Source of the DNA: Okamejei kenojei
Taxonomy: Eukaryota
Direction: 5' to 3'
DNA length: 64,000 nt
Assembly (NCBI GenBank): GCA_035221665.1
Contig: CM069134.1
Span: forward strand, 94,178,001-94,242,000
Under the pieces are notes generated by a model. It was not told the DNA's origin. It did no database searches and was given only the letters and a program-made list of their open reading frames with translations. The translations under genes and the position numbers were made by a program. Shown one piece after another: positions 47,259 through 60,500 of this stretch (the stretch's first letter is position 1; every line of letters starts with the position of its first letter).

Positions 47259-48219
47259 ATAGAAAATAAACTTTGATTTCCCACCAGAGATAACAAGTAG
47301 ATCACCTTGTAGCAAATACTATCCACAAAAATAAGTGCTGCGAAGCAGGATGCATTTATTGCCGGTTTAGAAAAGATAAAATCTCAATTTCAAGTAAAAA
47401 TAAAAATAATCAAAAATTACTTCTCACGGAAAATGTGTAAATTGAAATTTCTATATTTCCGCATGGATCCACGAATTCGACTCACTTTTAATTTCAAATT
47501 ACACAAAAACCTCGCGAGGCCCAAGAGTTTGCAGTCGCCGGAATCTCAAGCAACAGCTCAGAGTGGATACAGTTAAATGATATTAGTGAAAATGATTATT
47601 TTATGTATGTCTTTCGTGAGTTGTGAACCTTCAAAAGGAGTGAAGGACAATGTTATCCATCTCCGACAGTGTCATTTGTCTCATGATTGCATCGATTGCC
47701 TCACACTTTCTAACAGATACAACTGATGAAGCTAAATTGGCAAATATATGAAACGATATTTAGTTTAGTTTAGTTTATTGCCACTTGTACCGATGTACAG
47801 TGAAAAGCTTTTGTTGCGTGCTAACCAGTTAGCGGAAAGACAATACATGATTACAATCATGGTGTACAGATACATTAGGGAATAACGTTTTTGTGCAAGA
47901 TAAAGCCAGCAAAGTCCGATCCGATAATCCGAAGGTCTCCAATGAGGGAGATTGGACACCAGCATTTTGTGCCTATCTTCGGAGTAAACCAGCATCTGCA
48001 GTTCCTTCCTACACATTTCGTCTGCTTTCTCGCTGTGGTAGGATGGCTCAGTATATAACAGCTGTGAAGAAACTATTCCTGAATCTGGGAATGTATATTA
48101 AACTACGAAATGTCATATTAAACTAGAAGTATGAAAAATAAAAATAAAGTATTCCTCCCTTGCTTGTCCAATAAACTCCCCTTTGCCATGTTTTTGAGAA
48201 GCTAATGAATCTTGAAGTG

Positions 48220-48480
48220 TTAAATGTGACGTGAACTCGCAGCCCGGAGCCGCCACAGTGTTGCACACACCGCTATTGGATGGCGTCAGAGAATGGTCAA
48301 GCTGTAACTGAATCAGCCCTATGTGGCGTCATAAAGGCGGGTGCGAATGACGTCACGGAAAGCCGCGCTGCATGCCCCGGCCCCCGGGCGAAAGCCCAGG
48401 TGTGAACGCTGCACTGGGGAGGGCGATGGAGCCAAGCGCGTCTGCTTTTAAGCTGCAGGACGATCAACTGGATTCCTGAT
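48220..48480 (+). promoter_or_regulatory. CpG-rich promoter of the divergent gene with a CRE cluster
   Basis: Perfect CRE TGACGTCA at 48348-48355. Variants TGACGTGA at 48227 and TGGCGTCA at 48281 and 48324. Inverted CCAAT at 48275. Confidence 0.6.
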
Positions 48481-48485
48481 GTCTC

Positions 48486-48526
48486 ATGGAATCCACTGAC
48501 AGAGAAACGGAGAACGGTTATAAGTG
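48486..48526 (+). CDS. Divergent gene exon 1, coding part
   Basis: ATGG with an upstream in-frame TGA, donor gtgagc, phase 2. Confidence 0.5.
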
Positions 48527-51500
48527 GTGAGCATTTCAATGCTAAGTAAATACATCCTATGCATACTGTCGACCTACACTGCCATGCTTTATCCCCTATC
48601 CTTCGTCTGCCTTCATTCTCTCTATATGCAGCGCTCCTTAGGCAAAATAGAGTTGTTTTTGAATCATAAAAGGAAACAAATTGCTGGAGTAACTCAGCGC
48701 ATCTGGAGAACATGGATAAGTGAAGAAGGGTCCCGACCCAAAACGTCACCTATCCATGCTCTCCAGAGATGCTGCCTGACCGGGTGAGTTACTCCAACAC
48801 TTTCTGCCCTATTGTGTACATTTGTATCTGCAGTTTTTTCTACTTTTAAATAATAATTTTAAAAAAAGGGGACAAATGAATATGAAAGCTGACTCTGAAA
48901 GCTTATTTAGATATGTAAAAAGGAAGAGTAATAATGTAGGTCCTGTACAATCAGAGACAGGTGAGTTTATAATGGGAAACAAATAAATGGCAGACCAGTT
49001 AAATGAGTACTTTGTTTGTTTCTTCCTCACTGAAGACAGAACCAATCTTCCAGAAAGGACTGGAAGGGCCGAGAGGGCCTGTTTCCGTGCTGTAGGATCT
49101 AGTGGGAGGGAGAAACTGAAGGGAATCCACATTAGTCTGGGAAATGGTGTTAGGTAAACTGTTGGGACAGAAGGCAGATAAATCCCCAGGGTCTGATGGC
49201 CTGCATCCCATAGTACTCAAAGAGGTGGCCCTAGGAAATTGTGGATGCATTGGTGATCATTTTCAATATTCTTTCTACTCTGGATCAGTTCATGTGGACT
49301 GGAGTGTAGCTAATGCAGCTCCACTTTTTAAGAAAGGAGGGAGAGAGAAAAACGGGGAATTATAGACCAGTTAGCCTTACATCGGTAGTGGGGAAGATGC
49401 TTGAGTTGAATATTAAAGATGTAAATAGCAGCGGATTTGGAAAATAGTTACAGGATTAGTGAAAGTCAGCATGGATTTATGAATGAGAAATCATGCTAAT
49501 CTTCTGGAATTTTTTGAGGATGTAACAAGTAGAATGGAATAAGGGAGAGCCAGTGGAAGTGGTGTATCTGAAATTTCAAAAAGCCTTTGACAAAGTCTCA
49601 CTGGATTTGTGTGCAAAATTAAAGCACATGGTATTAGGTGTAGGGTATTGATATGAATAGAGAACTGGTTGGCAGATAGGAAGCAAAGAGTAAGAATTAA
49701 TGGGTCCTTTTCAGAATGGCAGATGGTGACTAGAGGAGTGCCACAAGGCTCGGTGCTGGGACCCCAGTTATTAACAATATATATTAACAATTTAGATGAG
49801 GGAATTACAAAGACAAAGACAAAGGACAAAGGAAATTGTTACATACACCAATTGGTGTAGTGAAATTTGTCTTGCCATGCAGCACACAGATAAAGATAAG
49901 GCACAACATTAAAGAATTTAACAGTAAACATAAAAAACATCCCCCCACAATGGTTCCCATTATGAGGGAAGGCACAAAGTCCAGTCCCCATCCCCTTGTC
50001 CACCCATAATCGGGCCTATTGAGGACTCCGGCAGTCGCCGCTACGGGGGCCGATGTTACAGGCCCTTCTTCACTGGGTGATGGTGCTCCGGGGTCGGGAA
50101 AACCCTCTCAGCGGCTCGGGGTTGCCTATAATGGCCGCTTCCTTGCTGGAGACCGTGACTTCCAACGCCAACAGGCCGCGCTGAGAGCTCCACAACTGGC
50201 GATCTTGCCGAGAGATCCCAGGCCCCGACGTTAAAGTTGAAGTTCAGCGCCGCCGCCCGCCCACAGTCCGGCAGCTCCGCGAAGTTCACCTGCGGTCTTC
50301 TGCTCACGACCCAGGCAAGGCATCGCCCGCTCCGCTCTGCGATGGTCCTCCCAGGAAACGCCGCTCCATGCCCACTGGTAGGCCGCAAGGACGGGTCGAC
50401 GGTGCAGCCCGGAGAAAGCAGCCTCTCTGACCAGGTAGAAACATAGAACATAGAAATTAGGTGCAGGAGTAGGCCATTCGGCCCATCAAGCCTGCACCGC
50501 CATTCAATATGATCATGGCTGATCATCCAACTCAGTATCCCGTACCTGCCTTCTCTCCATACCCTCTGATCCCCTTAGACACAAGGGCCACATCTAACTC
50601 CCTCTTAAATATAGCCAATGAACTGGCCTCAACTACCCTCTGTGGCAGAGAGTTCCAGAGACTCACCACGCTCTGTGTGCCAAAAAGTCTTTCTCATCTC
50701 GGTCTTAAAGGATTTCCCCCTTATCCTTAAGCTGTGACTCCTTGTCCTGGACTTCCCCAACATCGGGAACAATCTTCCTGCATCTAGCCTGTCCAACCCC
50801 TTAAAATTTTGTAAGTTTCTATAAGATCCCCTCTCAATCTCCTAAATTCTAGAGAGTATAAACCGAGTTTATCCAGTCTGTCTTCATAAGACAGTCCTGA
50901 CATCCCAGGAATCAGTCTGGTGAATCTTCTCTGCACTCCCTCTATGGCAATAATGTCCTTATGGCAATAATGTAGGGACCCTAGAAAGCAGTCCCCCTCC
51001 CCCCCCCCCACCCCCACATAAAAAAGGCTAGGACTCCGAAAACAAAAACTCAACTAACTAAAAATTAAAAAAAAAGAGAAAAAACGGACAGCTGCAAGGC
51101 TGGGCAGCCATTATCCGTACAGGACGGCACCCCGGTTTTAAATGTGACATCTCCAAGTTTGCGGATGACATAAAGCTGGGTGGCAGTGTGAGCTGCGAGG
51201 AGGATGCTATGAGGCTGCAGGGTGACTTGGATCAGTTGGGTGAGTTGGCAGATTCATGGCAGATGCAGTATAATGTGGATATGTGTGAGGTTATCCACTT
51301 TGGTGGCAAGAACAGGAAACGGATTATTATCTGGAATAGGTATCAGATTAGGAAAAAGGGGAGGTGCAACAAGGCCTGGGTGTGCTTGTACATCAGTCAC
51401 TGAAAGTAAGCATGCAGGCAGTGAAGAAAGCTTATGGCATGTTGGCCTTCATTGCGAGAGGATTTGAGTTTAGGAGCAAATAGGTCCTACTACAATTGTA

Positions 51501-54500
51501 CAGGGCCTTGGTAAGACTGCACTTTGAGTATTGTGTGCAATTTTGGTCTCCTAAAATTTGAGGAAGGACATTATTGTTCCTGGGGACCATCATCTCCAAG
51601 GACCTTAAATGGGGGGCTACCATCGACTTCACAGTCAAAAATGCACAACAGAGGATATACTTCTTACGGCAGCTGAGGAAGCCCAATCTGCAACAGGCAA
51701 TGATGGTCCAATTCTCTACGGCCATCGAAGAGTCTGTCCTCACTTTTTCCATCATGGTCTGGTTTGGCTCAGCCACCAAGCATGACATCCGGATGGCTGC
51801 AGCGAATCGTCCGATCAGCTGAGAAGGTTATTGGCTGCAACCTTCCCTCCATTGACGAACTGTACACTGCAAGGGCCAGGAAGCGAGCGGGTATGATAAT
51901 CCATCTTAACCTGGCCACAAACTCTTTGAACCACTTCCCTCTGGAAGGCGACTCCGGACTGTCAAAGCTGCCACAGCCAGACATAAAAACAGCTTTTTTC
52001 CATGAGTGGTAGCTGTACTCAATAACCAAAAATCTGTAGCCTCCTTTTACTCTGGTATTTTATTTAATTCACATGTTTAATCAATAACATTTTATTATTA
52101 ATGTTTAATGTTTTATGTGTCATTCCTAACTGTCACTGTATGTCATTGTCACTTGCGGGCGGAGCAACAAGGCAAATTCCTTGTATGTGAATACTTGGCC
52201 AATAAACATATTAATTCATTAATTCATTGCTGTTGAGTGCAGCGTAGGTTCACCAGGTTAATTCCCAGGATGGCGGGACCGACATGATGAAAGAATGGGT
52301 CCTCAGGGCTTGTATTCACTGGAATTTAGGATGAGAGGAGATCTTATAGAAACATATAAAATTCTTAAAGGTTTGGACAGGCTAGATGCAGGAAAAATGT
52401 TCCCGGTGTTGGGGGAGTCCAGAACCAGGGATCACAGTTTAAGAATAAAGGGTAGACCATTTAGGACTGAGATGATGAAACATGTTTTCACCCAGAGAGT
52501 TGTGAATCTGTGGAATTCTCTGCCACAGAAGACAGTGGAGGCCAATTCACTGAATATTTTCTGGAGAGAGTTAGATTTAGCTCTTGGGGCTAAAGAAATC
52601 GGGAGATATGGGGGAAGAAGTAGGAACGGGGTACTGATTTTAGATGATCAGCAATTATCACATTAAATGGCGGTGCTGGCTTGAATGGCCTACACTCGCA
52701 CCTATTTTCTATGTTTCTATAATTGGATGCCAGATTTGCACACAACAGCATCTCACAAACAGCAAATGAGTTATAGAGCGTTGGTTGACAAGTAACTTTC
52801 ATCAGGCCAAATTTTCCAATCCCTTTCAAATTGGATGCTATTTTATGGTGGATTTATAAATGAGGCCAGAGTTTAAAAATTCTCATCAAAGTGGTCCGAT
52901 CTCTGACAATATAATTTATTGTAATGACAATATAATGACACTGATCTGTCAGCCATAATTGTGTTCAGGAAATATGAATCGGGGCTCACAATATTTTGAC
53001 TCAAAAACAGAACATCTGACTAAGATTAATTGGCAAATATATTAACATTATTATATTATAATATAATCTATTTCAAAAATTAATGCTGTCTTTGGTTAAA
53101 GCACAAGTATTAAAATACAGTTTAAGTCTTCCTTACTTGTTCACTTTTCATTCGAGTACTTCCTCTTGCTTCAAGAATCACCCCTTCTTGCCAGTGTAAC
53201 CATTTTGAAAAGTGACCATTACTTTTTCAGTGTCAATGAAATGCAGACTGGAGGAACCCACATTAACCTTTTAGAACAAAATAAGCTACGCGAGTTGAAT
53301 ATTGGATTTGCTGAAGGTAAGGCTTCCTTGGGATTCAATTGACCAGGATACAGTCTAGATGCAATAACAATCTCTAAATTGACTTCCATGGTGGGCTTCG
53401 TATTGTTCATGTTTTTTTTCATGTCTTTAAATCTGTAAGAACAAAAGTTTGCAGCAAAATCTAATTTCGGTCAGCATTTAAGAATGAGGAGGAAATTGGA
53501 ATTATTGAACAATTTGATCAGTTTCCTTGTCTAGCTTTCTGATTATTTATGAATGCTACCACAAGGAATTTCTTCACTGAATGTCCATCGGGTGGAGACA
53601 TTTTGCCTGTGGTAAAATACATTTCCAAATTACCTAACTGCTACAACAGATTTGTAGTATGAATTAATATACTGTGTTTGAATCTATGATGCAGAAATGT
53701 AGCATATGTTAGTGCATAATAAGATTATTCCAACAGCCAGAAATTTTGGAAGTATATACAATATTATCCTAATGCTGAAGATAAATTCTAATCAGAGCCT
53801 ACATTGTATTGTTGCTGTGAGTTTTGGGATGGATGGACTCCCGATCAAGTTTCATTTGATCTCCTTCTCATTGTTCAATCTTATATAATACACCATAATC
53901 AGGGCTCAAAATTAACAGTTGCCCGGTTGCCAATGGCCACCTAAAGTCCCGCCGGGCAACCTAAAAGCCGTGTCATTTTGCCCGGCTTGATACTGCAGAT
54001 ACTGGTTTATACCGAAGATAGACACAAAAAATTGGTATGACTCAGCAGGTCAGGCACCTACTCCTTATCACGCACCCCGCCTGCCCTCATAGCGGCCGCT
54101 GCGTGCCACTCCGCCAACGGCGATAACCGCTTTCAAAACAAACTCTCCCGCATGCCGAGGCCGGGAAGAGGGAGGGAGGGAGGGAGGAAGGGGGAGGCCC
54201 CCTTCCGCCGTATGAAGCACCTGCACCGCTCGGCCCGCACCTTCCTGTTGGCTGGTGGAGGAGGGGAGGCTGTGGCGAGGAGATCCCAACTGTCTCCCCC
54301 TTTGGCGGCAGCACTTGGCGGTGGACAGGGATGACCAAGGCAGCCGGGCGATGATGCCGGTGTTGTCTGGGGCACACTGACCTTCCTTCCTTCCCACCGC
54401 CTCTGCCCCTTCCCCTCTCTCTTGTACGCCCCCCTCCACCCCCCTTATCCTGAGACCCCTCCTCTCCATCCCGCACTGATCTCCATTCCCGCCTCTATTG

Positions 54501-57500
54501 TCCTCACTGGCATCCCCTATGCTCCCCTCCCCATCTATCTCCCCCCCCTCCTCATCTGTTCATCCTGCACTGATCTCCCTAACCACCTCACATTGGTTCT
54601 CCTGCCACCCCCATCCATCCTACACTGGCCCCCCCAATTCATCCTGTACTGACCCCCCCCATCCATGCTGTAGTGAACTCCCCATTCATCCTGTACTGAT
54701 CCCCCCCCCCATTAATCCTGTACTGATCCCCCCCATTAATCCTGTACTGATCCCCCCCCCATTAATCCTGTACTGATCCCCCCCCATTAATCCTGTACTG
54801 ATCCCCCCCATTAATCCTGTACTGATCCCCCCCCCATTAATCCTGTACTGACCCCCCTTCCCATTCATCCTGCACTGATTTCCCCCTTTCATCCTGCACT
54901 GATCCCCCCATCCATCCTGCACTGAACCCCCTCATCCATCCTGTACTGATCCCCCCCATTCATCCTGTACTGATCTCCCCCAATTCATCCTGTTCTGACC
55001 CCCCCCATTAATCCTGTACTGATCACCCCCTTCATCCATCCTGTACTGATCACCCCCTTTATCCATCCTGCACTGATCCCCCTCATCCATCCTGCACTGA
55101 TCCCCCTCATCCATCCTGTAGTGAACCCCCTATTCATCCTGTAGTGAAGCCACCCATTCATCCTGCACAGACCCACCCTGGTCCACGCTGTACTGATCCC
55201 CCCCATTCATCCTGTACTGACCCCCCCCCCATCCATCCTGCACTGAACCCCCCCCCCCATACCCCCATTCAACCCCACTGACATCCTCCGAGCTCTTCCC
55301 TCACAATTTTACCTACTCCAGCCAATGGATTAATTAAATTGTGAATACATGAAACGTTAAAACCGCTGTGCTTGATTGTCATTGCTACCGTTGACACGTT
55401 ATTACAGAATTCATTTTAACGGCAAATCTATGCTCTTAATATGTAGTATCAGTATTGTTATTTAATGAGCAACATTCACAACCATATGTTGGAGTTATCC
55501 AGGTTTTACTTCTACAGTCGGTCATATACATCATAAATTTGGTCAGGAGATATTTCAGTTGAAATGTTGACGCTAATTCTGAAGTGGGAATGATGGAATC
55601 AGCGTTTATCAATAATTTTTTTTAAATCTGGTGCGTACAAACTGGGTATCTTCATTGCTGTTCACACCAAATACATCAAATCTGAATGACCGGTAATGTG
55701 GCGTTTTGACACCTTTAAACATATTGCCAAAAGAATATTTGCTGCAGTTATGTCATTTGGCCATCTCTTGTCAGTTAGTGTAATGTTTAACTTGTCAGAT
55801 GGGTATAGTCGGTCCTTCACCAAAAACATGCTTGCATCAATCTGTAATGTGCATTGTAAGCATTTATGTTACCATGGTCCAGGATTTTTTGACACAGGTT
55901 GATCATACGCTGAATAATCCAACTGCATTTTTGTTTGGAAGTGAAAAGAAATAATAGAAATTGCATTCATTGCAAGGTGTAAAAGGATACTGTATTATAA
56001 TGTTGCTGCTTGTCATTGTGGTATATATCATGTCTTGATTGGTGAATATATTTTGATGGTGACTTTATTTGAAGCAGAAATAATATGTGGCTGCTTCATT
56101 GAGCGTAATTCCAACTGGTAACTACGCACTTCGTCCGAGCACATTATCGCACGAGTCATGCAAGCCGTCTTAAATGACCACCTAAACTGTCATTTGGCAA
56201 CCTAAAAAGCTGCCTAGGTTGCCCGGCTGGCAACAAAGAAAAAAGTTAAGTGAGAGACCTGATAATGAAAATCTTCTCTATTTCCCTTTGCATATCGAAC
56301 ATAAAACACAACAAATAGCACAAGAACGTTCCCTTTGACCCACAATGTTTGTGCCAGACATGATCTCTTCTCTCTGTACATGAACAAAATCCCTCCATTC
56401 TCTGCATTTTCATGTGGCTGTCAAAAAATCTCATAATGCCACTACCATATCTGCCTCCACAACCAACCCTGGAAATGCATTCCAGGCCCCACTGCCCTCT
56501 GTGTAAAAGGAACGTGTCCCGAACGTCTCCATTAAACTTTTCCCCTCTCACCTTATTGCTATTTCCTGTAGTGTTGGACATTTCTATCCTGGGGAAAAAA
56601 GGTTGTGACTGTCTACCCTATCTATGCCTCTCGTCATTTTATATACTTCTATCAATCACCCCCTAACCTCCGACGATCCAGAGAAAACAATCCAAGTCTA
56701 TCCAACCTCTCCCTATAGTGGAAACCGTCTAGTCCAGACAGCATTCTAGTAAACCTCCTCTGCACCCTCTCCAAAGCTTCCCCATCTTATTGAACAATTT
56801 CTTTTCTTCGGTATTCACCAAGGAGAAGGATATTGAACTCGGTGAGTTAAGGGGAAAAAGTAGAGTAGCTATGGAAACTATGAGATTCAAAGAGGAGGAA
56901 GTACTGACACTTTTGAAAAATATAAAAGTGGATAAGTCTCCAGGTCCTGACAGGATATTCCCTAGGACATTGAGGGAAGTTAGTGTAGAAATAGCAGGAG
57001 CTATGACAGAAATATTTCAAATGTCATTAGAAACGGGAATAGTGCCGGAGGATTGGCGTACTGCACATGTTGTTCCATTGTTTAAAAAGGGTTCAAAGAA
57101 TAAACCTAGCAATTATAGACCTATTAGTTTGACGTCAGTGGTGGGCAAATTAATGGAAAGGATACTTAGAGATAATATATATAAGCATCTGGATAAACGG
57201 GGTCTGATCAGGAACAGTCAACATGGATTTGTGCCTGGAATATTACAGGGTATGACTTTCCACAAATGGTTAGATATGTTACCCGTGGAAATAGCAGCAG
57301 TTGAAGGCTTCTGTGCCAGAACGTCACTGTGCCATTTAGTAAGATTTCTCCATCAATTCTACTTTCTTACCAAGTCTCGATATCTTCTGATACCATAATG
57401 CCCAATGTCCATTATTCAAAACCATATAGATGTGTCTGTACATTCACAGCCTGAGACAGTTCCAGAGATTCATAAACATCCAAGTAAAGAGGTTTCTACT

Positions 57501-60500
57501 CGTCTCTCAGCAATGACTCCCCTTATCCTGAGATTATGACCCCTGAAGAGTTGGACAAAGCAGTCTCTTTGCTGCGTAGCTCTAAAATAAATTTTGTATG
57601 CTTTAGTGATATCTCCACTTCTTTTAAGCTTCAAGAAATTGGCCCACTTCACTTCTTCATGAAAGGTTGTCCTTTCACTCCTTGAATCAGGCTGGCGGGT
57701 CCACGATGCACCCCTTTTAAAACAAGACTCAAACTACACATAATATGCTCAAACTATACACAATTCTGCCATCTGGGAAGAGGTACAGGAGCATCAGTTG
57801 CAAAACCAGCAGGATGTTACACAGCTTCTTACCACAGGCAATAAGACTGGTTAACGGACTGTGTCCCCTCCCCATACATCACACACCAATTCATCTAACC
57901 TCGCCCATACTTTGACAACCTGTCAAAGCATGCTACTGTTTTTAGTTCAAATTTTAGGCCTACTTTTAGATATGTTCATTTTAATTTTTTAAAGTTGTAT
58001 GTATTTATTCTGTTTTTATTAACTGCACTGATGGGAACTGATTAAGACACAATTTTTCGTTTCTTCTGTGTATGTAAGTACTCGGTTAAAATGACATTAA
58101 AGTAAATACTGAATACAACGGGTTGTCATGTCAATGCCATTGGTCATGTATAAAGGTAAACAAATTACATCGCCATTATTTCCAGGAGAGATGTGTCTTA
58201 TAGAATACTTGCCCAAATCCATTAGAATTGCATTGAGCTGGTATAATTTCAGCGCAAAAACCAACGATGACTTTATAAAATATTGACTGCATTAGAGAGA
58301 AGGGAACAATAAATATGAACCTCCAGAAAATAAGTGGGTCTGAAAGATGTACTTCAGGCTTTACTTTATATGTAAACAGTATACTTTGGGGTGGCTTTAG
58401 GCAGGCTGTTGGTAGAAGGCCATATTGTTGGATATATGTGTAAAAACTTTGATGGACATGTAAAATATTTTGAAAGAATATTTGCTGAAATTTTGTTAAT
58501 AATAAATTTGATACTTTTGTAGAAATATTTCTGCATTTGGGAATGAGCGATGAGAAGTTTCTAACGTGGAATCGCAACATGGATAACTTAGAAAGAAAAG
58601 ATGCTAACTGCAGTCAATTTCGATTTGACAGTAATTCTCCTTTAGACACTAGTTCATTAAGCATCACAAAGGAGGAAATGTCACTTGCCACTGAAACTAT
58701 TAGTCTATCTTCGGAACTAGCCCAGGTAAGACCAATTAGAATTGCAGGGAACAAACATAAATGTATCACTTTTTTGCCAGTAAGAGGATGTATTTCCATT
58801 TCACAGGTCAAACAGAATGCATTTATCACTGGTAACGTGTAAACTTTATGGGACTGTTCACACGTAGAGCATGCATTCTGTTTTACGGAATGTACAGTAA
58901 GATGTTGTGCATTGTATCTTTAACATTTTGTTCATTTTCTGCAGTCTGAATGGGCTAAGATCAAGATCTGATCTGGCCTTTGGCTGGACCAGATGTTTAG
59001 CTCTGTCTTTGTAGAGAAGTATACAGTTTGAAGCAAATATGCCTTGCTGCTTCTCACTCATTTTGTATCACACATTCTTTACCATTGCATTCCTTACTAT
59101 TGAATTGCTGTGGTTTGAATTGCTGTGTACTAAACTTCAATTAGTAATTGGAACCTGTATTTGATGTGATGCAAGATGCAACTAATTTACAGAAAATGCA
59201 ATAATTTCCCTTTTGTGCCTTAATTTATTTGGTTTATGATTGCAGAGAATGTAATCAACTCTAATTTGGATGTATGGATTTGGTTAATTAATATGTATGA
59301 ATTATATCAAATGATTGTTTTCACAAAAATATTGACATGCAGACTGAAATAAAGCAGAATCCATACCCTCATTGTAAACATTCCTGTCAATTATTCACAA
59401 TGAGATCGGGAACAGTTATCTATTTGCTAAACAAAGGTTTCTTTAATCCCTCTTCCCTCCTCCCCCAGTTTTGAAGACATTGACCTAAAATTTGGTCTGT
59501 ATGGCACCATTTTATTTGGTATTATTTGGACCAGTAATGGCATGGAGGGTGGAAATGTGAACACATTTCAGTGTGCAGTCCCCAGCCCACCATAAGAATG
59601 AGTCCAGCTGTCATGTCTGAAACAGACTCTGGATTCCTTTGTACATTTGAGGTGTCATGCCTTCAATCTCAGACTGAAATTGTCCCCCCAACCATCTATC
59701 TTTCCCTTGAGCACCACCATTTCCGGCCCTAGTCCAAATCCATAGCTTCTTGTCCCTGGGTTGGTGCACATTCAAAGCCTCACAAACCTGGGCTATCTGA
59801 TTTACAAAGCCATTCCGATTATGTCATATTCGTATCCCTCACTGCCCAACCTTCCTATCCGCAGCCCATGAAATGAGTTGATATCTAGAGATCCACGCCC
59901 TGGCCCTACAATTTAGTTAACAATACTTTCCGGGTTTACTATATGGTCAAATGAAGTGGAACTGGGAGAACATCTTTTTGTTAGCTATTGTTATGAGCAT
60001 TGTCTATTCCAACTTAATTTAGTTTAGAGATACAGCGTGAAAACAGGCCCTTGGCCCACTGAATCTGTACCGACCAAAGATCAATTGTACACTAGTTTTA
60101 TGCTATCCTAGTTTCGCATTCTACACACTAGGGACAATTTACAGAGGTTAAGTAACCTACAAACCTGCATATTTTTGGAGTGTGGGAGGAAACCGGAGCA
60201 CCCAGAGAAAACCCACACAGTAGGTCACAGGGAGAACGAACAAACTCCATGCAGACAGCTCCCATTGTCAGGATCGTACATGGGTCACTAGCGTTGTAAG
60301 GCAGCAACTCTACCAGTGCGCCACTGTGCTGCAACGATCAAAATTAACACTGCAACACTATAATGAACAAAACCAGATACTGAACTAAATCTCCATATTT
60401 TTCTGGCACTCCAATTCCACTAGAGGAGCTTGTTGGAATGTTTGTTTATGAGTTGTTATTTTGTTCAAGTGGTTTACATAGCTGGGAACTTGGTAATATT

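Larger units (their letters stand above)
48860..52720 (+). mobile_element. CR1 ORF2 plus 3' UTR interrupted by nested insertions
   Basis: CR1 pieces 48860-49809, 51139-51575 and 52226-52720 are collinear. Confidence 0.85.

Noticed and set aside
54498-55206. Repetitive ORFs or CRISPR-like array
   Set aside because: A simple minisatellite with no unique spacers, in eukaryotic DNA.
60260-60332. tRNA gene
   Set aside because: Degenerate tRNA-derived head of a SINE, with no intact cloverleaf.
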